48,680 nt of DNA from a bacterium (GTDB lineage Bacteria; Bdellovibrionota_B; Oligoflexia; Oligoflexales; CAIYRB01): the NCBI GenBank assembly GCA_900299215.1, contig OMIY01000368.1:1-48680 (forward strand). The letters are read 5' to 3'. The notes beneath the pieces were generated by a model that was given only the letters and a program-made list of their open reading frames with translations, made no database searches and was not told the DNA's origin. This document shows, piece by piece, positions 28,013 through 37,143 of the stretch (the first letter of the stretch is position 1; each line of letters begins with the position of its first letter). Made by a program: the position numbers and the translations under genes.

Positions 28013-28992
28013 TACATAGCCATTTCAATGTTCAATGTGACTGCTTGGTGAGCTGTAGGGAGTTTCAAGTACGGTCTTGAGGCCGTATATGCCAAGCTAA
28101 AGTTTTTACTGTTTAGAGCCACTCCACCAGCTAATGAGCTACGGTCATCAGTCAAAGATCCTCCGTAGGATCCGAGGAGCTTTAAGTAGTCTTGAATCTG
28201 AAATGTACCCGATACAATTACCATGCGCTCGGCCTTGTCCATACCCCGCTCGATGGTCCCACCGATTGTGCCAGCATTCGTTTCAAAGCCAGAGACACGG
28301 TCCCTTTGACGCAAATCAATGTTACCCGTGAAAAGCTGGCTAAACTGATAGGCTGTACCGATACGAAAGGTACGGGGGGCAAAGTCACTAATACGTTTAT
28401 TTGCTAAGTTTTGTACCGAGGCTCCAACGGTCCAGCCGGGCGCCACGCTGCCGAGCAGGCCGATATTGAGTCCGACACCTTTTAGATGCTGCTCACCTTG
28501 TTTGTAGGCAACAGAATCTAGGCTTGGCTTGGCCTCAACATAGGTACCACCGATTCCAATGGAAACGGACTCAAATTCTTGGGCCAGTGCCAAGGAAACT
28601 CTGCGTGACACAGGCGAATCATAGGGAGAAATATCCGCTGAACCATCGACTGGGTAGCGATACTCTTCTGTGGAACTTGTGTAACTGAAGCCAGCAGATA
28701 CTGGGGACATCGTCGCATCTACTACACCAAGTTGATAGTAATCTCGCCCAGCGGTAGGCCAGTGAAATGCACCATGAACTACATACGATTTCGGCTTGGT
28801 CACCCCAGCTGGATTCACGGTAATTGACGTGAAGCTGTCGGTACCGCCTACTCCACTGTTAAGTGTTGCAACCCCAAGGCCACTTGTGACCTCAAATTCG
28901 TCGGGTATTCTGCCCTCGTCTGCACCGTAAGCGGCCATTGGCACAGCCAGCATCAGTGCAGATGATATGACTCTGATCGAGCTCAAGTCCAT
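28012..28992 (-). CDS. Exported hypothetical protein, probable outer-membrane beta-barrel
   Basis: Signal peptide (…AVPMAAYG-A), NPAG motif as in FadL/PorV-like barrels, and many alternating amphipathic strands (SIGIGGTY, WTVGASV, FRIGTAY). Confidence 0.55.
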   Translation of the reverse strand: MDLSSIRVISSALMLAVPMAAYGADEGRIPDEFEVTSGLGVATLNSGVGGTDSFTSITVNPAGVTKPKSYVVHGAFHWPTAGRDYYQLGVVDATMSPVSAGFSYTSSTEEYRYPVDGSADISPYDSPVSRRVSLALAQEFESVSIGIGGTYVEAKPSLDSVAYKQGEQHLKGVGLNIGLLGSVAPGWTVGASVQNLANKRISDFAPRTFRIGTAYQFSQLFTGNIDLRQRDRVSGFETNAGTIGGTIERGMDKAERMVIVSGTFQIQDYLKLLGSYGGSLTDDRSSLAGGVALNSKNFSLAYTASRPYLKLPTAHQAVTLNIEMAM

Positions 28993-29002
28993 GCAGACAT
29001 CC

Positions 29003-29359
29003 CTATGCCTTCACAGCATCCTTGGCCGTCGGTTGTTTGGTCAGTCCTGAAACATTTGTCTTCATCACTTTTATGGCGGTGTTGTTAGCTACTTCAATTG
29101 TAATGAAAGACTCTGCTACTGCCCTGACTTTCCCGATAATTCCACCGGATGTCACGACTTCATCGCCAGCCTTCAGGTTAGTTAGCAGATCGGCGTGTTC
29201 TTTCGCCTTTTTCTGCTGAGGCCTGATGATTAAGAAGTACATTATGAACAAAAAGCCCACCGGCATGGCCAACATCTCAACTAAGGATGGTGTTTTTGCT
29301 GGGGTGGCGTCGGCTGCTTGCGCCATGGCAGTAGCCGCGTTAAGAAAGAGCTGAATCAT
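29003..29359 (-). CDS. yajC: Preprotein translocase subunit YajC
   Basis: MYFLIIRPQQKK, LKAGDEVVTSGGIIGKV; start placed at ATG 29359 after a GGAGG RBS. Confidence 0.95.
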   Translation of the reverse strand: MIQLFLNAATAMAQAADATPAKTPSLVEMLAMPVGFLFIMYFLIIRPQQKKAKEHADLLTNLKAGDEVVTSGGIIGKVRAVAESFITIEVANNTAIKVMKTNVSGLTKQPTAKDAVKA

Positions 29360-29462
29360 GATTAATCCTCCGGCTAATAGGAACCGGCCGACCTTAGCTG
29401 AATATATTGTGAGGATCAAGGAATTGGCAGAGGCTTTGGCTAATCTGCCTGATGGGTAACAT

Positions 29463-31520
29463 ATGCGCGTCGACCTAGATGATCTTAATAGCCCGCAAAG
29501 GGATGCCGTAACAACGATAGACGGCCCCGTCATGATCCTAGCTGGCGCCGGTACCGGCAAAACCAGAGTCATCACGTTTCGCCTAGCTTATATGTTGGGT
29601 GCCGGTATCCCAGCTGAATCTATCGTCGCTTTATCTTTCACCAATAAAGCAGCCAAAGAGATGTCGGAGCGCGTTCGAAAGCTTATCGGAGATCGTGCCA
29701 AAAAAGCATGGCTCGGCACATTCCACAGCTTTTGTTTGAGTCTCCTTAGGCGCTTCCCAAATGAAGCTGGCCTCACCCCTGGGTTTAATTTGGCAGGGAC
29801 TTCGGATCAACTGGACTTAGTTCGCAAGGGCCTTGAAGAAAAAAACTGGGCCGGTCTGTACCAAGTAGACCAGCTCCATTATCAGATTGGTATCGCTAAA
29901 AACCAATTGCTGACTCCCGATGATCTGCGCAGCGGCAAGGCTTTAGGTAAGACCAGCATAGACGCCCAGGTGCTGGCTGAAGTGTTTGATCTTTACGAGC
30001 GGCAACTACGACTCAATCGCGTGATCGACTTTGATGATTGCATCTATAAAACAGTACTCATGCTGCGCGCTAACCCCTCAATTCGAGAGCGTATTCGGGC
30101 TGAGTATCGGTATTTTATGGTCGATGAATACCAGGACACCAACAGCGCCCAGTTGGCCGTTATTGAGCTCCTAGCCAGTCCAACTCATGACGTCTGCGTC
30201 GTGGGTGACGATGACCAGTCGATCTACTCATGGCGCGGAGCCATGTATGAAATTCTCGAACGCTTCGAACAGCTATTTACTGGGACCAGAATCATTAAAT
30301 TGGAGCAAAACTATCGATGCTCTAACGTAATTTTAGATGCCGCTAACACTGTAATCCGCAACAATCAACGCCGCAAAGAGAAAACCCTATGGAGTGCGTC
30401 CCAGGAAAATGCCCCCATAGTCCTAAGCCCATGTGAAGACGAGACTTCTGAAGCTAATTTAGTTGCCGAAAAATGCCTGAGCCTGCTTGGATCTGGCCTA
30501 GAGCCAAAGGATATTGGCATACTTTACAGAGCCAACAAGCAATCTACTCCTGTAGAACTGGCTTTGCGCGAGGCCCGTCTACCCTACCGAACTTTTGGTG
30601 GGCAAAGCTTTTTCGAACGCAAAGAGGTCAAAGACTTTGTTTGTTACCTGCGACTAGTTCTCGACACGGAGGACCGTCTAGCTCTTTGGCGGATTGTTAA
30701 CACACCCAATCGAGGCATCGGCCTTAAGACCCTGGAAAGGATTGAGGAGCAAGCCAAAGCCACAAAAAAGTCGCCCTTTCAAGTCATGCGTGAGCTAGGA
30801 ACACTTAGTGGCAAGGCTGAATCAGCGATCAGGGCATTTGTGGACCTTATAGATCAGCTTAGAGCTCTGCCCCGCGAACTTCCGGCCGACTATGAAGCCT
30901 TAGGTAGCCAGATCCTAAAACTTTCAGGTCTTGAGCAGGACATTCGCTTGCGCACAGAAGACTCAGGTTCCCGTGAACGGAAGTTAAGTAATGTTAGGAG
31001 CTTGCCAAAGTGGTTTGGAACTTTAGCAACCGAGTCAAGCGATGATGCCGGAAGTGTCGACGTTCGGGAGCTATTAGATTCCCTGGTTCTTGATAATGAC
31101 CGTCGCGATGAGCATAAGGATGGTGGAAATCATATTTCACTAATGACCGTACACGCCGCCAAAGGCCTTGAATTCCCAGCGGTTTTCGTCGTTGGATTGG
31201 AAGAAGAGCTTTTGCCACATAAAAACAGCATTCAAGATCCTCAGGCGCTTTGCGAAGAGAGACGACTTTTTTATGTGGCGTTAACTCGAGCCAAGAAGAG
31301 GCTATTTTTAAGCTACTGCTTAGATCGAAATGCTGGGTACCAAGGACGACTGTCTCGATCCCCGTCGCGATTTCTAGATGAGGTTCCCGCAGAGACCTTT
31401 TTACGCTCAAACGAAGCTTCTAGCCAAGCTGCTAGGGTTTCGTCGGAAAACGACCGCAAGGCTAATACGGTCAAAAGATTAGGCTCATTGCGAGAGAGTC
31501 TTAGCTCATTACGTCGCTAG
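29463..31520 (+). CDS. SF1A DNA helicase, Rep/UvrD/PcrA family (Rep-like C-terminus)
   Basis: AGAGTGKT, FTNKAA, DEYQD, VGDDDQSIYSWRGA, LEQNYR, TVHAAKGLEF, EERRLFYVALTRA; no C-terminal Tudor-like domain is evident. Confidence 0.93.
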   Translation: MRVDLDDLNSPQRDAVTTIDGPVMILAGAGTGKTRVITFRLAYMLGAGIPAESIVALSFTNKAAKEMSERVRKLIGDRAKKAWLGTFHSFCLSLLRRFPNEAGLTPGFNLAGTSDQLDLVRKGLEEKNWAGLYQVDQLHYQIGIAKNQLLTPDDLRSGKALGKTSIDAQVLAEVFDLYERQLRLNRVIDFDDCIYKTVLMLRANPSIRERIRAEYRYFMVDEYQDTNSAQLAVIELLASPTHDVCVVGDDDQSIYSWRGAMYEILERFEQLFTGTRIIKLEQNYRCSNVILDAANTVIRNNQRRKEKTLWSASQENAPIVLSPCEDETSEANLVAEKCLSLLGSGLEPKDIGILYRANKQSTPVELALREARLPYRTFGGQSFFERKEVKDFVCYLRLVLDTEDRLALWRIVNTPNRGIGLKTLERIEEQAKATKKSPFQVMRELGTLSGKAESAIRAFVDLIDQLRALPRELPADYEALGSQILKLSGLEQDIRLRTEDSGSRERKLSNVRSLPKWFGTLATESSDDAGSVDVRELLDSLVLDNDRRDEHKDGGNHISLMTVHAAKGLEFPAVFVVGLEEELLPHKNSIQDPQALCEERRLFYVALTRAKKRLFLSYCLDRNAGYQGRLSRSPSRFLDEVPAETFLRSNEASSQAARVSSENDRKANTVKRLGSLRESLSSLRR

Positions 31521-32407
31521 CGTACAACTTCCGCGTCTAGTTGACCTTTTTTATTTACGAACTCTTTAAGCTTTTGCAGGATTCTGTTTTCGATTTGTCG
31601 TGCTCGCTCACGCGTGACACCGTAGCGATCTCCGATTTCCTGCAAAGTTAGCGGTTCTTCAGCCATCATCCGGGCGTCAAAAATCTCCAGGTCCCTGCCT
31701 TTCAGAGTGGCTCTGAAATCGCTGAGGTGTTCTGCGAATATGCGCCTGACTTCTTCGTTGGCCAAAACATCCTCAGCTCCCTGAGCGTCTGATGAAAGCA
31801 GTTGGCCTCTAGTGGTTGAATCCGGCTCACTGGATAACGGTGCGTCAAGAGAAACGTCAGGCGCTGCAAGTCTCGCCTGCATTTCCTCTACGTCCTTTTC
31901 CTTCACGTTCAAATGTTCCGCTAAAAGTTTCGTGTCGACGTGATCATACTCTTGGAGCAGTTTCCGGGCTGTACGCTCAAGGTTGTAATACAGCTTTCGC
32001 TGGTCAGCGGTGGTACCGATCTTAACTTGGCTTTTATTATCCATTATATACTTTAGGATGTAGGCACGAATCCACCAAGCCGCATAACTTGATAACTTGA
32101 CCCCTTTGTAGGGATTAAATCGTTTTACTGCCTGCATGAGGCCATAATTGCCTTCTTGGATCAAATCTAAGAGATTAAGCTGGGCCTGCCTGAAATCATT
32201 GGCTATCTTAACGACTAGGCGAAGATTAGCTGTCACCAGACGGTGAGCTGCCCGCACGTCGCCATCGTCGAAGTGTTGCCGAGCCAGTTCGTATTCTTCT
32301 TCCGGCTCTAGTAAAGGGTATTTGGCGATCTGCTGTAGGTATAGTTGAAGCGGAGATAAGCTTGCTGGTGACTTATCACCTGAACGGACCGCTGGGAGTT
32401 TAGACAC
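31517..32407 (-). CDS. rpoH: RNA polymerase sigma-32 (RpoH)-type sigma factor
   Basis: NLRLVVKIA, DLIQEGNYGLMQAV, YAAWWIRAYI, RpoH-box-like TTADQRKLYYNL, region 4 TLQEIGDRYGVTRERARQIE. Confidence 0.85.
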   Translation of the reverse strand: MSKLPAVRSGDKSPASLSPLQLYLQQIAKYPLLEPEEEYELARQHFDDGDVRAAHRLVTANLRLVVKIANDFRQAQLNLLDLIQEGNYGLMQAVKRFNPYKGVKLSSYAAWWIRAYILKYIMDNKSQVKIGTTADQRKLYYNLERTARKLLQEYDHVDTKLLAEHLNVKEKDVEEMQARLAAPDVSLDAPLSSEPDSTTRGQLLSSDAQGAEDVLANEEVRRIFAEHLSDFRATLKGRDLEIFDARMMAEEPLTLQEIGDRYGVTRERARQIENRILQKLKEFVNKKGQLDAEVVR

Positions 32408-32442
32408 TGACCTAGCCCCCTCATGACGAAAGGCAGAAAACG

Positions 32443-33372
32443 ATGTCAGGGATCGGCATCATAACAAATCCCCACTCTAAGTTGAACAAACGAAATCCAA
32501 ACCGGCCCGCACTACTGGGTTTCATTTTGGGTTCCCAGGGGCAGTTGGAAGTCACCAACTCTCTTGATGACTTAGAGCGTGTCGCTAAGGAATTCAAGAG
32601 TAAGGCTATCAGTATTTTAGCCATCAACGGCGGGGACGGAACAGTCTCACGAACTTTAACGGCTTTTTTAAAGGCTTATGGATCTGACCCTCTGCCCAAG
32701 ATTGCTCTTCTGCGAGGCGGGACAATCAATGTCGTTGCAAACAATCTTGGCATTCGGGGGACGCCTGAACAGGTACTTTTCCGTCTCGTTGAGTGGCATT
32801 CCCGTGGTCAAGCCATACCGCTGAGACGCCTAAGACTCATCTCAGTTGACGGTATGTACGGGTTCTTATTCGGCAACGGTATGGCGGCAGCTTTTTTGAA
32901 TGAATACTACAAACGTAAATCTGGTCCCTTGGGGGCAGCTTTGCTTGTGGTCGCTGTCTGGTTTTCTAGCCTATTTAAAGGTCGAATGTTTGAAAAAATT
33001 GTACGGGACCAGAAACAAAAGCTTAAACCTGCTGGTAGCCCAGAGATAGACCAAACAGCTTGCGCGGTATTTTCATCGACGGTTGCGAAATTACCGCTAG
33101 GGGTACCCCTTTTTCATCTCCTTGCCGATCATCCGGATGAATTTCAAACTGTGGCATTCACAACCCCTGCCAAGGATGGGTGGCAACTTCCATTTGTGCT
33201 CATGAGGCGACAAGGAGGCCCAAGTAGAGATAAAATAAGCTTTTGTTGCAAAGTACTTAGTATCGAGATGCGGGAGCCGTTCGACTACACCCTGGACGGT
33301 GAGCTTTTCACAGCCACTAATGGCAAATTAACCGTAGAGGTTGGGCCCCAACTTGAGTTTGTCGTTATCTAA
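32443..33372 (+). CDS. Diacylglycerol/lipid kinase family protein (DAGK_cat, YegS/sphingosine-kinase-like)
   Basis: ITNPHS, INGGDGT, GGTIN, YTLDGE. Confidence 0.85.
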   Translation: MSGIGIITNPHSKLNKRNPNRPALLGFILGSQGQLEVTNSLDDLERVAKEFKSKAISILAINGGDGTVSRTLTAFLKAYGSDPLPKIALLRGGTINVVANNLGIRGTPEQVLFRLVEWHSRGQAIPLRRLRLISVDGMYGFLFGNGMAAAFLNEYYKRKSGPLGAALLVVAVWFSSLFKGRMFEKIVRDQKQKLKPAGSPEIDQTACAVFSSTVAKLPLGVPLFHLLADHPDEFQTVAFTTPAKDGWQLPFVLMRRQGGPSRDKISFCCKVLSIEMREPFDYTLDGELFTATNGKLTVEVGPQLEFVVI

Positions 33373-34426
33373 ACCAAAAACTAACGTATTGCCACCGCCA
33401 CCCCCAGCAGACGTCGCCCTGGCCTTAAAAGTAAGAGCCGTCAATATCGACTGGCTTGCTGGTGATGGCTCGGATCGGTGCTACTACCGAGTCACCTCCC
33501 CCGAGCTTTCTGAGCCTTTAGTGCTTATGCAACTTTCAGGTAGCGACGCAAAAGCTCTGAAAGAGGGCGGCTACGACTGGATCAACATCGCGAAACTTCT
33601 AGCTCATCAGGGGATTTTTGTTCCCAACGTAACCTGCGCTATCCCTGAGCATGCTGCTTTGATAATCGAAGATTATGGCGATCAGATGCTTGAAGGCTCA
33701 GTCTTTGCACTGTGGGAAAAGCAAGATTTAGCATCAATTCGGGAGCTATACCTCGGAAGCATTAAGATTATCACCCAATTTCTGGCAATTAGCCCAAATG
33801 AAAACACCGTTTGGTGCCAACGTGCATTTGATGCTGAAAGGTTTGTTTGGGAGTTGAATTTCTTTGTCCAGAAATATGCATTGCCAATTGCGGGACTCAA
33901 TTTAAGTAAAAGCGAAGAGGCCCAGTTCCAATTTGAAGCCACACGTTTAGCAGAGACGCTTGCCGCCGGTTCGAAATATTTTGTTCATCGCGATTTTCAC
34001 TCGCGAAACATTATGGTCAAAGGGCCAAAACTTGCCGTGATTGACTTCCAGGATGCCCGTTTAGGCCCAGCCTCATACGACCTCGTTTCACTTTGTTTTG
34101 ATTCTTATGTCCCATTTACAAGCGAAATGCGCGGTGAATTAATGGCTTTGGGTCTCGACATGATCCATCAAAACCTTGGCAAGACAGTTTTTGACGACGC
34201 TTCAAATTATTGGCGACCGATGCTTTTGCAAAGACAGCTCAAAGCTATTGGAAGTTTCGGATATTTAACTGTGGACAAGAAAAGAAACAACTATCTGAAA
34301 TATGTCGCACCAGCTATTGCGACCTTAGAGAATCACAAGGTTTCAGATGATCGTTGGCCTTTCATTTCAGATACTTTGATCAGGCGACTGCGCGTCAGTT
34401 TGGATAAAAAATTCTATGGCAAGTAA
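33341..34426 (+). CDS. amgK: Anomeric MurNAc/GlcNAc kinase AmgK-like (APH/choline kinase fold)
   Basis: GDGSDRCYYR, HRDFHSRNIM, IDFQDARLGPASYDLVSL, QRQLKAIGSFGYL; followed by a nucleotidyltransferase. Confidence 0.75.
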   Translation: MGPNLSLSLSKPKTNVLPPPPPADVALALKVRAVNIDWLAGDGSDRCYYRVTSPELSEPLVLMQLSGSDAKALKEGGYDWINIAKLLAHQGIFVPNVTCAIPEHAALIIEDYGDQMLEGSVFALWEKQDLASIRELYLGSIKIITQFLAISPNENTVWCQRAFDAERFVWELNFFVQKYALPIAGLNLSKSEEAQFQFEATRLAETLAAGSKYFVHRDFHSRNIMVKGPKLAVIDFQDARLGPASYDLVSLCFDSYVPFTSEMRGELMALGLDMIHQNLGKTVFDDASNYWRPMLLQRQLKAIGSFGYLTVDKKRNNYLKYVAPAIATLENHKVSDDRWPFISDTLIRRLRVSLDKKFYGK

Positions 34427-35405
34427 ATATAAGGGACTCGTCCTAGCTGCTGGCTTCGGAACCAGATTACGCCCTCTTACTAACGCTTTCCCTAAGCCGC
34501 TTGTGCCTTTCGCAGGCACCACCCCATTGGCGTTGGCCGTCTCCAAATTAGTTTCATTAGGTGTAGAGAGTATCGCAGTAAATAGTCACTACCACTCCGA
34601 CCAAATATACTCTGCCACAAGTTTATCTCAAAAAATGTTTCCGGATGTCGCGCTCAAGCTCTCACACGAACCGGAGATTCTTGGCACAGGCGGTGCTCTT
34701 AATCCACTTCGCTCCTGGCTTGGAGACTCTCCTCTTATAATCATAAATGGGGACGTGGTTTCCAGCATCTCTCTAACGGACTTAGTCGAAATTCATGAAT
34801 CACGCCGGGCCTGTGCGACCATGGCACTGTTACCGAAAGTAATTCAAGGTGAAACCTCGGTTTTTCACAATAACGGCCTAATTAAGGCAATCAGCAAATC
34901 CGAAATTCCTTCAAATGCTTCCTCAGGTAACTTTGCATGCGCACAAATTATTACCAAAACGTTTGTTGATCTATTACCCCATGAAGGCTCATTTGACATT
35001 ATATCAAAGGGCTATTTGCCAGCACTTGCATCAAGCTTGACCGTTGCCGCCTATATACATTGTGGTTACTGGCACGACTTAGGAACACCTAAATCATACC
35101 TGAGTGCATTGTTAGACCTCTTCAATTTGCCAACCGACGCACTTGAGAAGACGTTGCAGTTAAATTTGCGTTCTAACCAAATGAACCTTGATCTTTCCAA
35201 ACAAAGCCTTGTCCACCAGAGGGCAAGAATTGGCGCTCAGGTAGTCTTAGGACCAAGAGTGATTGTTGAGGCGGATTCGGTATTGGGTGATCGTTGCCAC
35301 ATTACCGAGTCGATTATACTCCCGGGTGCTCAGGTTAGCGCCGGAGAGACCATTCACAGGATGATCATAGGCAAAGATTTTAGATTAGACACCGCTTCTG
35401 TATAG
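34416..35405 (+). CDS. murU: Sugar-1-phosphate nucleotidyltransferase, MurU-like, with C-terminal hexapeptide repeats
   Basis: LAAGFGTRLRPLT...PKPL, EILGTGG, NGD, WHDLGTP; LbH-type tail; overlaps amgK. Confidence 0.65.
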   Translation: MASKYKGLVLAAGFGTRLRPLTNAFPKPLVPFAGTTPLALAVSKLVSLGVESIAVNSHYHSDQIYSATSLSQKMFPDVALKLSHEPEILGTGGALNPLRSWLGDSPLIIINGDVVSSISLTDLVEIHESRRACATMALLPKVIQGETSVFHNNGLIKAISKSEIPSNASSGNFACAQIITKTFVDLLPHEGSFDIISKGYLPALASSLTVAAYIHCGYWHDLGTPKSYLSALLDLFNLPTDALEKTLQLNLRSNQMNLDLSKQSLVHQRARIGAQVVLGPRVIVEADSVLGDRCHITESIILPGAQVSAGETIHRMIIGKDFRLDTASV

Positions 35406-35727
35406 TCATTTGCTAATATTAGATCGATTAAGGGGTAAGTGGACGGAGCTGTAAAAACTTGCGCTGTATCTTGCTTGACGACTGGTCTATCACAAATTCT
35501 GGCCGGAACCTTGATTGAGACCTATCATTCGCTAGTACCGCGTTCTTTCAGCAACACTACCACCTCTTTTGGTTTCCAAACCTCCGACTCATCTTTCTTT
35601 ACATGAGTGCCTGGTTTGTTCTGAAACCCTCATCAGAATTGCGTGTGGAAGTCATCTTGCCCCCTAGCACCGCTCTGATGGTATCGCACCAAGAAGTCTT
35701 ACGACTTCGATATAGGCCAATTATCAA

Positions 35728-36861
35728 TTAAACCCTGTGGGCGTCGAGATTGTTAAAGGATTTATTCAAAGTGATCAGCTTTTTGGCTGATGAGGTTGCG
35801 CCTTTTGCTGCGCCGCTATTGCTGTTTTTAGCTTTGACTGCCAATTTGTTTGCCGTTTGGCTTTTGACATGAGCGATTTTGGTTGCTTCGCTCTTAACTT
35901 TGATGAGTGCCGCTTGTACTGCTCCTCGCGGAACATAGTAAACTGTTGTGCCGGATTGTACTACGTCTGGATCGTCGATGTTATCGTTGTGACGCCAAAT
36001 GGAGCGCCATCCTGAGGTTTCGCCATATACACGTTTTGAAATAGTTGCGAGCGTATCGCCCGGTTGTACTTGCTCTTCTGCACGTTGAACTGCGTCATAG
36101 GCTTTAGCGAATGCTACTGCGCTATCTTCAAGAGTGTAATAGATGACATCGCCTGGATAAATTTTGCTGGGGTTTGCCAATCCGCTTAGTGTTGCCATTT
36201 CCTGCCAGTGACTTGGTGCACCGTAAATCTTTTGAGAGATTTTGGCGAGTGTGTCTCCTGGTTCCACGATGTAAGCCATCTTGGAGCCGAGCTCTGGTAG
36301 TCCAGCTGCGGCTGGAGATCCACCCGGCTGCTGAGGTAATGCCGTTGCGGCTGGTGCACTTGCTTGTGCGGCTGGTGCTGCGGCTGGTGCTGCAGCGGTT
36401 GCGTTAGATGGTGCTGAAGCTGGTGCCGCGGTGTCGCTCGCCGGCGCAGCTGCTGCATCCCCTGCTGGTGCTGCGGCGTCGCCACCGGTGGCATCAGCAG
36501 TGGCATTGTCACCACCTGGTTGTTGGCCATTCATCTCCGTGATGATGTCCTGCAAATCGTTTTCGCCTGAGCCCCCGGCTCCAGCGTTAGCGACTGCTTC
36601 CGCACTATCACCACCGGCAGCGTTAGCTGCCTCGGTATCTGCGGATGCAGCGCCATCCTCGGCGGTAGCGTTGTTTCCACCGCCACCGTCACCTTCCTCA
36701 CCGGCGGCTGCATCACCACCGGCCGATTCGTCTGCTACTTGGTTCTCCGATCCTTCCACTGCTTCCTCGGCCCCCTGGTCGCCGGAGCACCCGACGATCC
36801 CGAAGCTGAAGGAGAGTGCTAGGAGCGAAGCGCCAAGCCAGCGCCTCCCGAACATTCTCAT
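35728..36861 (-). CDS. Lipoprotein with a long Ala/Gly/acidic disordered linker and two LysM domains
   Basis: Lipobox IVGC; LysM1 YIVEPGDTLAKISQKIYG...IYPG; LysM2 VQPGDTLATISKRVYG...; GGAGG RBS upstream. Confidence 0.88.
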   Translation of the reverse strand: MRMFGRRWLGASLLALSFSFGIVGCSGDQGAEEAVEGSENQVADESAGGDAAAGEEGDGGGGNNATAEDGAASADTEAANAAGGDSAEAVANAGAGGSGENDLQDIITEMNGQQPGGDNATADATGGDAAAPAGDAAAAPASDTAAPASAPSNATAAAPAAAPAAQASAPAATALPQQPGGSPAAAGLPELGSKMAYIVEPGDTLAKISQKIYGAPSHWQEMATLSGLANPSKIYPGDVIYYTLEDSAVAFAKAYDAVQRAEEQVQPGDTLATISKRVYGETSGWRSIWRHNDNIDDPDVVQSGTTVYYVPRGAVQAALIKVKSEATKIAHVKSQTANKLAVKAKNSNSGAAKGATSSAKKLITLNKSFNNLDAHRV

Positions 36862-36907
36862 TTCAATCCTCCATAAAAAGTTAAGACACTAGATCCCTAT
36901 GGGACGC

Positions 36908-36933
36908 ATCGGTATGCATCCTAAAGATCTTTA
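36908..36933 (-). promoter_or_regulatory. Putative sigma28-type promoter for the LysM lipoprotein
   Basis: Minus strand TAAAG-atctttaggatgcata(16 nt)-CCGAT; same spacing as the two motifs at 3259-3306. Confidence 0.55.
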
Positions 36934-37143
36934 ATTTATTACATGCGGAAACCGGCAACGCCGCAAGGGGCAATGTTTTCCACGATCTCCTCGGGGAATT
37001 GTGCCTGCTCACTCGAGCGGTGGCGGCTGTTTACGCTGTCTACACAGATCTGCCTAATCAAATCCTACGAATCTGTTTCCATTGACTTTTTTTGTCTATA
37101 CACCCCGGCACAGATTTTGCTCAATCATCATGGGTTAGTTTGG

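Noticed and set aside
29360-29575. Long N-terminal extension of yajC in the ORF track, overlapping the helicase gene
   Set aside because: It is the antisense of helicase motif I; a GGAGG RBS supports ATG 29359.
35600-35640. Minus-strand CTGATGAG resembling a hammerhead ribozyme core
   Set aside because: No GAAA correctly placed after a closing stem II, and no stems I/III; the bases instead pair in a simple local hairpin.
36174-36892. Several overlapping alternative-frame and antisense ORFs and GC-rich quasi-repeats in the LysM gene
   Set aside because: Explained by Ala/Gly/Pro codon runs of the linker; no regular repeat-spacer structure, so neither CRISPR nor separate genes.
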